Positions 60,900-64,000 of a stretch of DNA of 64,000 nt are shown piece after piece; position 1 is the first letter of the stretch, and each line of letters starts with the position of its first letter. Origin of the DNA: the human T2T-CHM13v2.0 reference genome, Homo sapiens. The translations under genes and the position numbers were made by a program. The notes under the pieces were generated by a model, which worked only from the letters and a program-made list of their open reading frames with translations, ran no database searches and was not told where the DNA came from. The DNA lies in NCBI RefSeq assembly GCF_009914755.1, contig NC_060939.1. One strand, written 5' to 3'.

Positions 60900-63800
60900 G
60901 AACCTATGATATATGATATGAAATTAAAACAAATCAAATCATAAAGAATAAAAATTAAAGTCAAAACTATTTCAAACAAATTCAGTTCAAAAGAAATCAG
61001 GAATCAAGTTATTAATATTAGTTATACAACTCACAATGTGACACTCAAGATAGAAAAAGCCAAACTAGTTGAGGCAGACACACATATTAATAAAAGTAAA
61101 ATCCACACTGAAGCTACAAGTATCACAAATAAGATATGCACCAAAAATATAGCAATAAAAAAACTTAACTATGAAAAAATAGCAGAAATTGGAAATCATA
61201 ACTATGACTGTGGAAGATTTTAACTCACCTCTGTCAAAGCATGACATACCCCAAATAAATATGAATCTAAATAAAATAATTGATAAGGTTGAATAATATC
61301 CTGACAAAATTGCATATACATTTGCAAGTTCCCCTAGAATAGGGGTCCCCAACCTTGGGCCACAAACTGGTATCATTGGGCACAGTAGGAGGTGAGCTGC
61401 AGGCAAGCGAGCATTACGGCCTGAGCTCCACCTCCTGCCAGATCAGTGGCTGCTTTAGATTCTGTTGTAAGCACGGACGCTATTGTGAAGTGCACATGTC
61501 GAGGATCTACATTGCACATCTGTCCTTATGAGAATCTAATGCCTGATGATCTGAGGTGGAACAGTTTCATCCTGAAACCATCCAAACACCCCCCCACCCG
61601 CATGAAACTGGTCCTTGATGTCAGAAAGGTTGAGGACTGCTGCCCTAGAACATACATTAGGCAACAAAATATGCTAGATATATTGCAAAATATATTAGAG
61701 AGTACACGGTTTGTCTATAATGCAAAAATAATCTAGAAAATAAAAAAATAGATGGGGGATAAATTAACCAACTATCATTTTTTACATTATCATAAATAAT
61801 CTTGGATCAACAAAGAAATAAAAACTAAAATTATAGACTATCTTTAAAACAATTATATGACATCAATACCTATGAAAACAGTATAAAATGGGCTAAAACT
61901 GTGTTTGGAGGAAAATTCATAGCCTTAAACACCTACATATCTAAACAAGAAAAGAAAGTATCCAGCTCAAGAAATTAGAAAAGGAGCAATAAACCAAGGA
62001 AAGCAGAACAAAAGAATATAAAGTTAGAAATTAATAAGCATAAGAACTGATCATTTTGGGGGGTGGGTCATGGAGATGAGCTACTGTATAGCCTAATCAA
62101 GAAGTAAAGGAAGCAAGCGCAATCACACATTATAAATGAAAAGGGCAAAATAAGCATGAATACAGAGAAATTATTCCAGAGGATTTTGCAATTATCTATA
62201 CAAACACATTTGAAAAGCTGAATAGAGGAAATTGGTTTTCAAGAAAATATAGATGAGCAAAATTGGCCTTGAGATAGAAGACTACCCAACAGACTGATAA
62301 CAATTGAAGATGTTAAGAAAGCTTAAAAAAAATTACCCCCCACCCCCACCCCCAAAATCTGTTAAGTTTAAATGGTTTCAAAAGTAAATTCTTTCAAACT
62401 CTCCAGGAATGTATAAGCCTGATACTATTTAAAGTATTTCAGAATGAGAAAAGAAAGAATCATTCCAATTTCTCTTTATAAACTGGCATAATATTTATAC
62501 AAAATAATTAAGAAGAATGCAAAATAAAAATCTGTAGAAAAAATTTTTAGTGAAAAATTTTTGCTAAACCACTACACATTCATTAAAATGGGCAAAATCC
62601 AGAACACTGACAACACCAAATGCTGGTGAGGATGTGGAGCAACAGGAACTCTCATCCGTTGCCGGTGGGAATACAAAATGGTACAGACGCTTTAAAAGAC
62701 AAGTTGGCAGTGTTACAAAATGAACACACTCTTATTAGACAGTCCAGCAATTGTGCACCCTGATATTTACCCAAATGAAACATGTCCACACAGAAACCTG
62801 CACATAAATGTTTATAAAAGCTTTTTTTCATAATTGCCCAACTTTGGAAGCAACCAAGATATCCTTCAGTAGGTGAATGGGTAAATAAACTGTGCTTCAT
62901 CCAGACAATGGGATATTATTTTGTGCTAAAATGAACTATGAAACAATGAAAAGACATGGAGGAAACTTAACTTTACTAAGTGAAATAAGTCAATCTGAAA
63001 ATGCTACAGACTATATGATTCCAACCATATGACTTTCTAGAAAAGGCAAAACTATTGAGACAGTAAAAGGATCTGTGGTTGCTGCGGGGTGGGGGAAGGG
63101 AGGGATGATTGGGGGAGCACAGAGGATTTTTACGGCACTGAAACTATCTGTATGGTACTATAATGATGACTACATGTCATGATACATTTGCCCAAACCCA
63201 TAGAATGCACAGCACCAGAAATGAACCCTAGTGTAAACTATGGACTCAGGGTGACAATGATGTGTCCATATAGGCTCATCAATTGTAACAAGCATTTTGC
63301 TCTAATGAGAGATGTTGATTATGGGGAGGCTATGCAGGTGTGAGGAAAGGGTTTATGGACAACCACTATACCTTCCACTCAGTTTTGCTGTGAGCTCAAA
63401 ATTGTGCTGAAAGATAAAGTTAATTTTTAAACACAAAATTAAAATCTATGCTAAAATGCTAAATGTGGACAAATAAAATCCATCTGTAAATGAAAAAATA
63501 ACACACTGTGACCAAGATGGGCTGACCTCAGGAATGCTAGGCTAGTCCAGTAATAAAAAACTATCACCATCAGACTAACAGGCCAAATGACAAAGGGCTA
63601 AATCAACACCCCCAAGATATGCAATTCAACACCCATTTCTGATTTTTAAAACTAAAAAGAGGAAGAATATATGTGTGAAACTAAAAGCCATCATCATGCT
63701 TAATGGTGAGTAACTAGAAACATAATCTTTAAAGGCAGAAGCAAGACAAGCCTAGTCTGTATCAACACTAATCTAGAGATAAAAGCCAATGCATTTACAC

Positions 63801-64000
63801 AAAAAGAAAAGAAAAATATTGGAGAAAAAATGGAAAATTATAATTTACAGATAATTTATTACTATCATACATAGTAATAAAGTATTTTGATTTATTACTA
63901 TCATATATAGTAACAAATAATCTGTAAATGATGACTTTCTATACATAGAAAACCCCAAAATTGCTGAAAACCTATTAGAAACTTGAGCGGAGAGGCATAT
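60900..64000 (+). mobile_element. Old L1M body with an L1MC 3' insertion (about 62570-63435)
   Basis: A-rich degenerate ORF2. L1MC motifs CACCAAATGCTGGTGAGGATGTGGAGCAACAGGAACTCTCAT and CCCATAGAATGCACAGCACC. Confidence 0.7.
61340..61642. mobile_element. MER1B hAT-Charlie
   Basis: AGGGGTCCCCAACC...AAGGTTGAGGACTGCTG with a perfect 8-bp TSD CCCTAGAA (61332-61339, 61643-61650). Confidence 0.9.

Overview
Human genomic DNA: rich in Alu, L1 and MER elements and carrying a human-specific AluYa5. I recognise it as the 5' end of ADAMTS17 (15q26.3). Minus-strand ADAMTS17 coding exons 1-3 (79, 371 and 166 nt, GT-AG, joining in frame) lie at 14905-14827, 14415-14045 and 4076-3911 under a CpG island. About 8 kb upstream, a second CpG-rich promoter (TATA-like, CCAAT and CTCF-like motifs) opens a 306-codon ORF and fits my recollection of the lncRNA SPATA41. 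Positions 27.7-46 kb are a nested L1 block that includes a full-length, retrotransposition-dead L1PA3. A third CpG island at about 46.4-47.3 kb may be the CERS3-AS1 promoter. The rest is mostly old repeats. I see no wholly new gene system. The best leads are: (1) phase-compatible splice sites that would join the 306-codon ORF in frame to ADAMTS17; (2) a 145-bp perfect-identity tract between two inverted L1PA3 ends that flank the CpG island; (3) an extended L1 ORF0 and antisense promoter facing ADAMTS17; (4) an endonuclease-only ORF2; (5) a 24-bp L1 3' transduction; (6) an AluYa5 without a target-site duplication (TSD); (7) two minisatellites pairing GC-box and TEAD cores. Repeat subfamilies and lncRNA names come from memory, not from a search, and boundaries of old repeats are approximate.
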